From a virus, in the IMG/VR virus record IMGVR_UViG_3300034141_000082: a DNA stretch of 64,000 nucleotides. One strand, given 5' to 3'. The stretch's first letter is position 1; each line of letters starts with the position of its first letter. Of this stretch, positions 16,618 to 24,529 are shown piece after piece. A program made the translations under genes and the position numbers. The notes under the pieces were generated by a model, which made no database searches, was not told where the DNA came from, and saw only the letters and a program-made list of their open reading frames with translations.

Positions 16618-17308
16618 CCTTCGTCCCCTCGCTGAAGTCGGCGTAGGTCGCCGGCGCGATGCCGCACAGCTGCCGCAGCAACTCCCCGGCCAGGTCGCGG
16701 ATCTCGGCATCCGCCCCGGGGGCGTAGCGCTTGGAGATCACGTCCCGCCAGGCCCGGTGGTTGCCGGTGACGACGATCTTCGTCTCGGTCATGTTGGGGA
16801 GCACGGCACGCGCGGCCTCTCGGGCCTTCTTGCGGTCGAGCCCCTTGTCCTCCAGGAAGCCGACCAGGGACACGTAGGCGCCGCGGGCAGTCTCCATCGC
16901 GTCGTCGAGCACGTCCACGGCCATCTCGTACTCGGCCAGTGCCGGCGGCACGACGTAGTCGACGTCGTCCGACTTCACGAACCGCTGCGACACCTGCGAG
17001 TAGCTGAGATGCCGGTGTCGGATCAACTCGTGCGTCAACGCACGGCTCACGCCCTCGATGTAGAACGTCGCGCTCGCGTGTTCCAGCACGCTGAAGTGCC
17101 CCTGGCTGATGATGTTGCGCAGGTAGGCGGCGTTGTCCCGGCCGCTCGGGTTGGACCAGCTCTGGTAGCAGGCTCGCCCGGCGAACTCGGCGAGCAGGTC
17201 GGCCCGCCGTCCGACGCTCTGCCATGCCGGCGCGAGCTCCTCCATCTTGGTGGCGCCGTTGAAGTCGGCGCCAGCGAGCGCGGTGTGTGCGATCAGGGTG
17301 GCCTTCAT
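16610..17308 (-). CDS. thyX: Flavin-dependent thymidylate synthase
   Basis: EFAGRACY, GHFSVLEH, RHRHLSYSQVSQR, GNHRAW, AEIR. Confidence 0.97.
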   Translation of the reverse strand: MKATLIAHTALAGADFNGATKMEELAPAWQSVGRRADLLAEFAGRACYQSWSNPSGRDNAAYLRNIISQGHFSVLEHASATFYIEGVSRALTHELIRHRHLSYSQVSQRFVKSDDVDYVVPPALAEYEMAVDVLDDAMETARGAYVSLVGFLEDKGLDRKKAREAARAVLPNMTETKIVVTGNHRAWRDVISKRYAPGADAEIRDLAGELLRQLCGIAPATYADFSEGTKDG

Positions 17309-17628
17309 ATTCGATCTCCTCTCAAATATTCCTGAACCGAAACCGGCATGTCGCCGTCGTCGGGGCTCTCGTATCCCCAGCGCTGGCCCGGCATGCCGTG
17401 CACGTCACACGGGCGCATCGCGGCGAAGCCGTGGTTGCGGCAGGCGGGGTCGTCGCCTTCGCGGTCGCACGAGCAGCAGAAGCAGTCCGTCCGCTCCTCG
17501 ACCCAGTCCGTAGCGAGCACCCTGCGCCGGCGGATGATGCCGGGCTCCGTGTGGACCTCCACCCAGGACTCGCCGCCCTTGGGCAGGCGCTTGTGCTCGG
17601 TGATGGAGCGGTCCGGGTAGATGCTCAT
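17305..17628 (-). CDS. Cys/His-rich hypothetical protein
   Basis: CFCCSC..DPACRNH..RPCDVH. Confidence 0.65.
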   Translation of the reverse strand: MSIYPDRSITEHKRLPKGGESWVEVHTEPGIIRRRRVLATDWVEERTDCFCCSCDREGDDPACRNHGFAAMRPCDVHGMPGQRWGYESPDDGDMPVSVQEYLRGDRI

Positions 17629-17819
17629 CAGTCCTCGTCCGGAACGTAGGTCGCCGGCTCACCGGTGAAGCCCTGCACCCAGAACCGCGCCTTCTCCTGG
17701 CACTCGGGTCGGTGGCAGACCTCGGTGGAGGCGTGCGAGCGGTTGAGGTCGATGCCGTCCGGCTGGTTGGTCATGATGCCCTTCCGGGCGTGGCGCTCGT
17801 TGTAGAAGTCCCTGCTCAT
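17628..17819 (-). CDS. Hypothetical protein
   Basis: Overlap-coupled. Confidence 0.55.
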   Translation of the reverse strand: MSRDFYNERHARKGIMTNQPDGIDLNRSHASTEVCHRPECQEKARFWVQGFTGEPATYVPDED

Positions 17820-18103
17820 CCGCCGCCTCCCGGCTGCTTGAACGGCCAGGCGTCGTGCTCGTGGAAGAGGTCGGTCGCGTCGTAGACGAAGGCCGACGCG
17901 CCGTCCAGCAGGTGCTGAACGATGGCGTCCTCCAGGTGCTCGACCTTCTCGTAGTCGGACAGCAGGAAGGTGGCGGCGGTCTGTCCGGGCTGGTTGACTC
18001 GGACGGCCTGCGTCTCGGGGTCGTACTTGATCGTGGATGGGCCGCCGCGCCACACTTCGGTGGCGGGCGCGTAGCGTGGCCGGTCGTCGTCCCAGGGCGG
18101 CAT
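17816..18103 (-). CDS. Hypothetical protein
   Basis: TGATG coupling. Confidence 0.6.
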   Translation of the reverse strand: MPPWDDDRPRYAPATEVWRGGPSTIKYDPETQAVRVNQPGQTAATFLLSDYEKVEHLEDAIVQHLLDGASAFVYDATDLFHEHDAWPFKQPGGGG

Positions 18104-18282
18104 CAGGGCACCTCGTCCAGCTCGACGACGGCCACGATGCGCCAGGCTCGCGAGTCGTGCTTCAGCGCGACCGTCAGCTCAGCCTCCGCGTAGTCGCGGT
18201 CGGGGTAGATGTCCTCTGACCAGTCGGCGGCGATGACGCCGTCCTCGTCCTCGTGGACGAGCATGAATCCCAGCACCTTCAT
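18103..18282 (-). CDS. Hypothetical protein
   Basis: GAGAGGAG RBS. Confidence 0.65.
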   Translation of the reverse strand: MKVLGFMLVHEDEDGVIAADWSEDIYPDRDYAEAELTVALKHDSRAWRIVAVVELDEVP

Positions 18283-18494
18283 GTTGTGCTCCTCTCTGAT
18301 CTCTGAATGTGGAATCTCCGAAATGCCTTCACGAGCAAGATGCCCACGCCGAAGGCGATGACGCACCGCACGATGGTGCGTGCACCGAGAACGCTGAGCG
18401 AAGTCCAGGACACAAGACCGTCCACGATGACGTCGTATCCGAGAAAGATTGCCGCTATCGCGATGTCGAGCGCGAGCTCTTTCTTCCAGCTCAT
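18279..18494 (-). CDS. Small two-TM membrane protein
   Basis: MSWKKELALDIAIAAIFLGY...; ATGA overlap; lower GC. Confidence 0.55.
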   Translation of the reverse strand: MSWKKELALDIAIAAIFLGYDVIVDGLVSWTSLSVLGARTIVRCVIAFGVGILLVKAFRRFHIQRSERSTT

Positions 18495-18580
18495 CGGTCG
18501 GGCTTGGTCAGCCAGATTATGAACGCAAAGAATGCAAGAACCGCCAGCACCATGATGACGTAGGCCGTGTTGTCGTCCAT
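18491..18580 (-). CDS. 29-aa single-TM peptide (not in ORF track)
   Basis: MDDNTAYVIMVLAVLAFFAFIIWLTKPDR; TGGAG RBS; directly after the tRNA-like element. Confidence 0.6.
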   Translation of the reverse strand: MDDNTAYVIMVLAVLAFFAFIIWLTKPDR

Positions 18581-18604
18581 CTCTGATCTCCAATCTCTCG
18601 GTAG

Positions 18605-18650
18605 TGGACGCGGGCGGGCTCGAACCGCTGAACTTCCGTCAAGCGCATCC
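18605..18650 (-). ncRNA. 46-nt tRNA-like minihelix (acceptor stem + T-arm, no D or anticodon arm)
   Basis: GGATGCG/CGCGTCC 7-bp stem with one U.G; T-stem GCGG/CCGC; T-loop TTCGAGC; discriminator A; 14-nt linker. Confidence 0.65.
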
Positions 18651-18660
18651 TCGTACACTT

Positions 18661-18706
18661 ACATTATCGTCTCGCCAGCTCCGCACTTGATAGGCCATTT
18701 AGGTGA
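18661..18706 (-). promoter_or_regulatory. Repeated promoter-like motif (TCACC-N3-ATGG N25 CGA-TAATGT)
   Basis: Same box and spacing as four other copies. Confidence 0.65.
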
Positions 18707-18709
18707 TGC

Positions 18710-18880
18710 TCACACCCAGAAGACCATCATGCCTGCGGCGAAGAACACGCAGCCGCAGAAGAAGCCGAATGCGAATGGCACCAGCCACTTCTCCATCGCG
18801 GACCCTCCATCATTGGTTCGTCGGGCCGGCACCTCGACAGGTGCCGGCCCACGGCTGTGCCGCCCCCGTGGGGCAGCCAT
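18710..18880 (-). CDS. Small membrane protein
   Basis: C-terminal WLVPFAFGFFCGCVFFAAGMMVFWV. Confidence 0.55.
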   Translation of the reverse strand: MAAPRGRHSRGPAPVEVPARRTNDGGSAMEKWLVPFAFGFFCGCVFFAAGMMVFWV

Positions 18881-19122
18881 CAGTCTTCCTTCGCCCATTC
18901 GGCACCGATGATGCGGCTGTTCCGAATGGTCAGCTCCACGACGCGCAGATCCTCTGGATTCCTCCGCACGTAGTTGGAGATCGCGTAACCCACTTGCGCG
19001 TCCTGTCCGGTGAGCCAGCTTCTTCCGTCGCTGGTGAAGACGCGGTAGGTAGGGTTGCCGTTGTTGCTGTAGCCCTTGCGTTCGATGCGGGTGATGACGC
19101 ACTTCTCGGTCAGGGTCTTCAT
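18880..19122 (-). CDS. Hypothetical protein
   Basis: S.NGNP.Y.V pattern; TGATG coupling. Confidence 0.65.
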   Translation of the reverse strand: MKTLTEKCVITRIERKGYSNNGNPTYRVFTSDGRSWLTGQDAQVGYAISNYVRRNPEDLRVVELTIRNSRIIGAEWAKED

Positions 19123-19325
19123 CAGTCCGGCCTCCCTTGCTCGTCGAAGTAGGTCACGGTGTTGATGAGCCCTTGCGCTCTTCGCACCGTCGCGCTCTCG
19201 CTCATGTGCATCAGGCAGCAGGGCGCGCTGTAGACGAACATGAGGGCCGTGGTCTCGTGCCCCACCATCAGGCATGGAGCGCACGGATACGTCTCCGGCG
19301 GCAGGCTCATGTCCAACACGCTCAC
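19122..19325 (-). CDS. Cys-rich hypothetical protein
   Basis: CAPC...CCLMH; overlap-coupled. Confidence 0.6.
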   Translation of the reverse strand: MSVLDMSLPPETYPCAPCLMVGHETTALMFVYSAPCCLMHMSESATVRRAQGLINTVTYFDEQGRPD

Positions 19326-19702
19326 GCCAGCGCCCCCTCGTACTGCTCCACGGTGGCGCCGTCCGCTCGCACGATCAACGCCACGCCATCACCGAATTCG
19401 TACTTGTCGCCGGCCACGCGCAGGGCCAGCTGGCCCCGCTCGTACAGCACCTCGACGTCCGCCCTCCCGTACCCGGCCATGCGCTTCGCCGTCGTGCCGG
19501 TGGTCCAACCGCCGTGGTTGTAGACCACGTCGCCGTTCGGCTTGAAGATGAGCACGTTGGTCTGGCGGTAGCGCACCGCGATGTCGGGCTTGATCTCGCC
19601 GGGGGTGTCGAGCTCGACGAGGCTCGTCTCCTCGCCCGGCAGCTTCACGCTGGGGAGCGTGCCGAGCACGAGGTCAGCACGCTGGTATGTTCCGATTCTC
19701 AT
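19322..19702 (-). CDS. Hypothetical phage protein
   Basis: GGW.T.TT.KRM motif; AAGGA RBS. Confidence 0.7.
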   Translation of the reverse strand: MRIGTYQRADLVLGTLPSVKLPGEETSLVELDTPGEIKPDIAVRYRQTNVLIFKPNGDVVYNHGGWTTGTTAKRMAGYGRADVEVLYERGQLALRVAGDKYEFGDGVALIVRADGATVEQYEGALA

Positions 19703-19861
19703 CTGGAATGTGTCCTTTCTCTATGCGCCTCTCTCAGCGGTCACCGCCGAGGGCGCGATCATACTCCCTTCGGTCGACGTGCTGTAACCCCGGCCGCCTC
19801 ACCCTGTGCGGTAGCGACGGCCGGGGCCTTGATGGCAGTTGCCCGGTGGAACCCGATCGTG

Positions 19862-20398
19862 TCATGAATCACCTTTCTCGAAGTCGGCCATGAAGTCTAC
19901 ACCAGCTTGCGTCAGCCAGAACTCTTGAACGAGCACCGGCGACGGCTTCCCCGGAAGCCTCGTCTTGCCTACCGTTTCGCCTCCCACCAGGCCCTCCTTC
20001 TTCAACGCAAGGAGATGCCTGGTGGGAATTGGGCCGATGCCGGTGAGTCGGATGGACGATCCGTCTCGGGGTAGTCGCTTCATCTCCTCGATCTGAACCT
20101 GGTTCGGCTCCCACTTGACCTTCGGTGCAGCAGGCGTGCGGGGCCCCCGCTCTATCGCGGGCTTGGCGTTCTTTGCCCGCTCGATGCAGAACTCGCACAC
20201 CGGGTGTTCGAGTCCGAGCTTGGTCGATCTTTCGAGCCGAGGCTTGATGACGGCGAGCTGACGTTCGGCGGTGATTGCCTTCTTGGACCCGGGCACGGCT
20301 CGCGCCAGGTTCCGGGCCACTCGGGCCAGGTCGTTCTTGTCGCGGAGCACCTGAGCCAGGCGGTGAACGCACAGCTCCCGCTGCGTTTTCAGATCCAT
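19862..20398 (-). CDS. Zn-binding + winged-HTH-like protein, paralog A
   Basis: CxH...CxxC, then LP.DG...L.K.GL...LT.AG. Confidence 0.6.
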   Translation of the reverse strand: MDLKTQRELCVHRLAQVLRDKNDLARVARNLARAVPGSKKAITAERQLAVIKPRLERSTKLGLEHPVCEFCIERAKNAKPAIERGPRTPAAPKVKWEPNQVQIEEMKRLPRDGSSIRLTGIGPIPTRHLLALKKEGLVGGETVGKTRLPGKPSPVLVQEFWLTQAGVDFMADFEKGDS

Positions 20399-20411
20399 TC
20401 CACCGCCCTCC

Positions 20412-20909
20412 TCATCCTCGGCACCGACGCAGCATCTCCAGTCCCGCCGGGGTGATGGCGAGGGTCCAGGTCTGGGCGTAGTTGCCGCGCCGCCGGTGGA
20501 CCCGGCCGGCGTCCTCCAGGATCAGGAAGCCGCGCTTCACGAGTGGTCGGGCCGACGCCAGCTTGCCGGCGCCGAGCACGGCCGGCTCGGTCGGCGTCCC
20601 GTCCTCCGGCAGGCCGGACAGCATGTCGAGCTGTCGGTCGGTCGGCGGGATGTCCTCGGGCGCCACGATCTCGGCGGCGGGGCGGTTCAGGCAGGTGCCG
20701 CACGCGGGCTGCTTGGCGAGCTGCTCGCGGTTGTTGGCGAGCTTCGCTTGCGCGGCTTCCAGCCGAGCCTGCGCCTCCCGCACGCGCTCGGGGCGCTTGG
20801 CCCAGGCGCGCATCCTCACGGCGTTCTTCAGGTCGGCCATGGCGTGCGCGATCTTCATCGCGTTGTGTCGACAGAGCTTGACGGTCTCGACTGGTGGTGC
20901 GGTGTCCAT
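20412..20909 (-). CDS. Zn-binding + winged-HTH-like protein, paralog B
   Basis: CRH...CGTC, then LPEDG...LVKRGF...ITPAG. Confidence 0.6.
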   Translation of the reverse strand: MDTAPPVETVKLCRHNAMKIAHAMADLKNAVRMRAWAKRPERVREAQARLEAAQAKLANNREQLAKQPACGTCLNRPAAEIVAPEDIPPTDRQLDMLSGLPEDGTPTEPAVLGAGKLASARPLVKRGFLILEDAGRVHRRRGNYAQTWTLAITPAGLEMLRRCRG

Positions 20910-21184
20910 CAGAACGCCCTCGGGTCGTGCCGGGCCGGCACGTAGCGCGGCATGGGCAAGGTGGTCCCGCGGCGGTCCCGCTGGACGGGGATGGTGGTGG
21001 TGCGGCGGTCGTCGTGGACGGCGGCCCGTCGGACGATGTCACCGGGGTGCTCCAGCTCGATGGCGAGCTCGTCGTTGTGGTAGCCGAGTGAGACCTCCAG
21101 CACGGCCACGACGGTGCGCGTGCGGGGCCGCGGGGCGGCGAACATGCTCAGCGCGGTGGTGGCGACAACGTGCAGCATCTCCAT
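20909..21184 (-). CDS. Hypothetical protein
   Basis: Start-associated leader upstream; TGATG coupling. Confidence 0.55.
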   Translation of the reverse strand: MEMLHVVATTALSMFAAPRPRTRTVVAVLEVSLGYHNDELAIELEHPGDIVRRAAVHDDRRTTTIPVQRDRRGTTLPMPRYVPARHDPRAF

Positions 21185-21193
21185 CTCCAATCT

Positions 21194-21475
21194 CTATGTA
21201 TTCTCTCTCGCCAGTCTAGACCCGTCACGACTATTACATGGTCCGCAGGCTGGCCTAATATTGTCGCGCTTGTACGTTCCCCCGTACTTCTTCGGCACGA
21301 TCCGGTCGACCGTGATGGTGTCCAGGTCGACCAGCACGCCGCAGCCGAACGCGCAGGCTGCGACGATTCCGTTCCCGAACTCCCGCAACAGCCACAGCTT
21401 GCGTCTCAGCCTGTCGCGGGAGTTCCCGCGGTCATTCGTATTCGTAGTGCCCCGACGTGCTGGCCGGGTGGACAT
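21194..21475 (-). CDS. HNH endonuclease (small actinophage type)
   Basis: CAFGC...TVDRIVP...GGTY..DNIRPACGPCN. Confidence 0.85.
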   Translation of the reverse strand: MSTRPARRGTTNTNDRGNSRDRLRRKLWLLREFGNGIVAACAFGCGVLVDLDTITVDRIVPKKYGGTYKRDNIRPACGPCNSRDGSRLARENT

Positions 21476-21478
21476 GGC

Positions 21479-22096
21479 TCAGTCGGTGGTGGGCGGCTCG
21501 ACCGGCGCGTCCTCGGGGGCGGCCGGCGGCTCGTCCTCGGGGGGCGTGCGGCGGGCGCGCTCCTCGGTCAGCAGGTCGTAGAGCACGTCGAGCACGTCGG
21601 GATCGGCGGTCTTCAGGTACTCGGCCACGGCGCGGTACGACAGGGAGGAGAGGTCGGCTTCCGCCAGCTCGGTGACATCGGCCTGGAACGTCTGGGCCGT
21701 GACGAATCCGCGGCGGATCAGCTGGTCGTGGGCGACCCGACTGAGGAACAGCACGCGGTCGTCGTCGGCGGTGTCGAGGTACACGGCGATCTCGGCTCCG
21801 GTCACGCTGTCCAGGTCGACCTGCGGAGCCGCGACCTCGGCCTCGAACTCGCTGGCGATCGAAGGCAGATAACCGCGACGGGAGAGCGCGGCCCGCGCGG
21901 CGTCGTACAGGCCGAAGACGCGGTAGTTGTCGGCGTCGATGAGGTACTCGTCGACCTCTTTCCGCGTGAGGGTGTCGAGGATGTCCACCGTCCAGTTCCA
22001 GGCCACCTTCTCGGCGGCGTTCTTCTGCTCGGCCACCAGGGCCGGGTCGAGCTGGGGCTGCTCCTTGGTGCCGAAGAATCGCTTGAAAATGCTCAT
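21479..22096 (-). CDS. Protein with three internal helical repeats
   Basis: LDTLT..EV.EYL.DAD / LDSVT..EI.VYL.TAD / LSSLS..AV.EYL.TAD; ATGA overlap with the sortase stop. Confidence 0.7.
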   Translation of the reverse strand: MSIFKRFFGTKEQPQLDPALVAEQKNAAEKVAWNWTVDILDTLTRKEVDEYLIDADNYRVFGLYDAARAALSRRGYLPSIASEFEAEVAAPQVDLDSVTGAEIAVYLDTADDDRVLFLSRVAHDQLIRRGFVTAQTFQADVTELAEADLSSLSYRAVAEYLKTADPDVLDVLYDLLTEERARRTPPEDEPPAAPEDAPVEPPTTD

Positions 22097-22788
22097 CGTG
22101 TGATGGCCTCCTGTCGAGTAAGGGCCGCGTGGATAACCTCGCGGCGGTGATTCCCGGTCAACAGGCAGGTGACCAGGGTGAGCAGCTTTCGTGTAGCTGG
22201 TCGGTCGGGGTGCTGCGGGTTCGGCTGGACGACGCGCATGGCGTCGGGCTCTACGACCTCGCGCTTGTAAATCACGTAAGTGAAGCGCTCGCCGGCCGCC
22301 TCGATGACGACGGCGTGCCCGACGCGCAGCTGGTGGACGTTCTTGAAGATCGCATTGCTCCGGTGTCCGGCGATGGCGACGTTGCCGATCTCGCCGGGCA
22401 GCGCCGTGCCGGGGAAGTGGCCGGGGTTGCTCTTGATATCGGCTTCTCGCACGCCCTCCTTGACGGTCCAGGAGCCACCGATCTGGGGGATGCGGAGGGT
22501 GAAGCTGTCCCGGCCCAGAACGGGGCGCAGCGGCGAGCTGTAGGGCTGCCGTGGCGACTCCAGCGTGCGGGTCGCGGGCGGGTCGACGAGTGGGGCGACT
22601 TCGATGATGCCCAGTGCGGGTTCCACGGGCGCGTCGTGCTTGGCGACAGCCATGTACCCGGTGGTGACGATGAGTGCGGAGATCAGACCGGCGCCGACGA
22701 TGACGGCCAGGTCGTGCGGGTGGAGCTTTCGACGACCCTGCGCGGAAGGGCGGACCGACGATGCTCCGCCCTTCCGAGCGGTGGTCAT
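22093..22788 (-). CDS. Sortase (class E/D-like)
   Basis: N-terminal TM; LRIPQIG, GHFPGTALPGEIGNVAIAGHR, TLVTC, downstream Arg (catalytic H/C/R). Confidence 0.92.
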   Translation of the reverse strand: MTTARKGGASSVRPSAQGRRKLHPHDLAVIVGAGLISALIVTTGYMAVAKHDAPVEPALGIIEVAPLVDPPATRTLESPRQPYSSPLRPVLGRDSFTLRIPQIGGSWTVKEGVREADIKSNPGHFPGTALPGEIGNVAIAGHRSNAIFKNVHQLRVGHAVVIEAAGERFTYVIYKREVVEPDAMRVVQPNPQHPDRPATRKLLTLVTCLLTGNHRREVIHAALTRQEAITR

Positions 22789-22934
22789 CGCCCGCGCGGA
22801 ACGATGCGGGCGACTGCCGAGGCTGTGGCGACCACGGCGAACGCCGCCAGCGCGATCCAGATGGGACCGCCCATGAAGGCGACGCCCCCGCCGACACCGG
22901 CAGCGCCGGTCACCGGGAGGAAGTTGTCGTACAC
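22785..22934 (-). CDS. 49-aa LPVTG sorting-signal micro-protein (not in ORF track)
   Basis: MYDNF-LPVTG-AAGVGGGVAFMGGPIWIALAAFAVVATASAVA-RIVPRGR; AGGAG RBS; its stop overlaps the sortase ATG (ATGA). Confidence 0.85.
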   Translation of the reverse strand: MYDNFLPVTGAAGVGGGVAFMGGPIWIALAAFAVVATASAVARIVPRGR

Positions 22935-22938
22935 GAAA

Positions 22939-23988
22939 TCACCAGCTCCTTTCGCTTGACGTACACACGTCGAGGTAGGCCCTCGCGTGGATGGATTGCA
23001 GGTAGAGGTCGTACGCCACCTCGAACATGGTGGCCGCCAGCATGGCGTGTTTCCACCCGCGATCCTTCACCGTGACCACGCGCTCCAGAACGAAGATCGC
23101 GGTCACGGCCATCCACACCGGCTGCACGGACATGCCGGTCTGGAAGATGAAAGCCACTGCGAGAGTGGACAGGTACAACGCGGTGATGAGGATGCCGACA
23201 GCGGTGAGCACCTGGCGTCCCCAGTAGCGCCAGGTCACCTTGGTCAGTCCGTATTGCAGGCAGTTCTCGATGGCCCCGCGCTTCCACCGGAGGCGCTGGT
23301 TCCAGAGTGCGCGCCAGGTGAGCATCACCTCGGTCTCCAGCGTGCAGCCAGCGGGGGACAGCACGCGGTAGCCGAGGTGGAGCAGGGCGAAGGTGAGCTC
23401 GTTGTCCTCGGTCAGCACGGTGGTGTCGTAGATGCCGCCCCGGCCGTCGCCGGCCGGCAGCACGCCGCCCAACCGGGCCGCGGACACCACGTGCAGGGTC
23501 TCTACGCGCATCACTGCGGCCGTGCCGGTGACCACCAGGCACTTCCCCTTCAGACGCCGCACGTCGCGGGCGTAGCGGGCGTACTCGCTGCGCTGGAGGT
23601 AGCCGACCAGGCCGCCGCCGGGGCCGCCTCGGAAGGTGCCTCCGACGGCTCCCAGCATGGGGTCCGCCTGGGCGTGGGTCATGGCGGTCTCGATGAAGCC
23701 GGGGTCGAGCGTGCCGTCTGCGTCCATGACGAGGACGAAGTCGTCCCCGGCCATGCCGGGCAGCAGGGCGCGCAGGGCCTGGTTGAGCCCTCCCGCCTTG
23801 ACGTGCCGGTTGTCGACGGTCTCGAACACCTCCACGCCAGCGGCGTAGGCGAGCTCGATGGTGTCGTCGGTGCAGTTGTCGGCGACGACGATGATCTGGT
23901 CGGGCGGGAGGGTCTGCCGGTGGAGGCTGGCGATGGCTGCCTGGATCACGTCGGATTCGTTGTGCGCGGGGATGAGCGCGACGATCAC
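22939..23988 (-). CDS. Processive family-2 glycosyltransferase (PgaC/IcaA/cellulose-synthase-like)
   Basis: IPAHNE, DNCTD, KAGGLN, DAD, TED, QRLRW; C-terminal TM helices. Confidence 0.92.
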   Translation of the reverse strand: MIVALIPAHNESDVIQAAIASLHRQTLPPDQIIVVADNCTDDTIELAYAAGVEVFETVDNRHVKAGGLNQALRALLPGMAGDDFVLVMDADGTLDPGFIETAMTHAQADPMLGAVGGTFRGGPGGGLVGYLQRSEYARYARDVRRLKGKCLVVTGTAAVMRVETLHVVSAARLGGVLPAGDGRGGIYDTTVLTEDNELTFALLHLGYRVLSPAGCTLETEVMLTWRALWNQRLRWKRGAIENCLQYGLTKVTWRYWGRQVLTAVGILITALYLSTLAVAFIFQTGMSVQPVWMAVTAIFVLERVVTVKDRGWKHAMLAATMFEVAYDLYLQSIHARAYLDVCTSSERSW

Positions 23989-24173
23989 GGGGCCTCCATT
24001 TCTACGGGTTGAAGTCGGTCAGCCAGCACGAATTGCTCATGCCCGCCGTGGTCGAAGGTGATCCACCGTGCGGGCTCGCCGAACGTGCCCTTGACGGTGA
24101 TGGTCAGGTCGGGGTCGAAGGTGCCTTGGCGACCCGGCAGGAACCGAGCGGTGCTGCCGGGGGTCAGGCCCAA
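23985..24173 (-). CDS. Hypothetical protein
   Basis: GTGA overlap with the GT2 start. Confidence 0.55.
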   Translation of the reverse strand: MGLTPGSTARFLPGRQGTFDPDLTITVKGTFGEPARWITFDHGGHEQFVLADRLQPVEMEAP

Positions 24174-24180
24174 CCGCTGC

Positions 24181-24444
24181 TCACGCGAGTCCCGAGCCCG
24201 TACGGCCTGCGCTGGTGACGCTGGTGACCTGCGGGTGCTCCAGCATGAGATCCGCCAGGTGCTCCAGCCGGCCGTCCAGGTCCAGGGCGTAGTCGTAGCC
24301 GTCGTCCGGCACCTCGATGCCGAAGCGGACCGGGATGGTTCTCGTCGCGGGCTCGTCCTCCTTGTTGGCCCAGTATTCGGACACCGCCTTGACCTCGGCG
24401 ATGGTGCGGTCCCAGCGGGCGCGCTCGGCGTCGCTCAGTGCCAT
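24181..24444 (-). CDS. Hypothetical protein
   Basis: GAGAGGAG RBS. Confidence 0.65.
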   Translation of the reverse strand: MALSDAERARWDRTIAEVKAVSEYWANKEDEPATRTIPVRFGIEVPDDGYDYALDLDGRLEHLADLMLEHPQVTSVTSAGRTGSGLA

Positions 24445-24529
24445 GCCACTCCTCTCAGTACGTGCCAGGACGCGCGAGGTTTTTCTCTGCGGGCCTAGCA
24501 GGGTGGGGCTGGTGTCTCTGGGTGGTAGC

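Noticed and set aside
13468-17308. dNMP kinase/ThyX/Dcd as a DNA hypermodification pathway
   Set aside because: All are standard dTTP-supply enzymes; no modifying transferase or modified-base synthase is linked.
18605-18650. Element as a normal tRNA gene or as attP
   Set aside because: No D or anticodon arm and no CCA. It contains its own 5' acceptor strand and is about 38 kb from int, while a better att core sits at 57479-57497.
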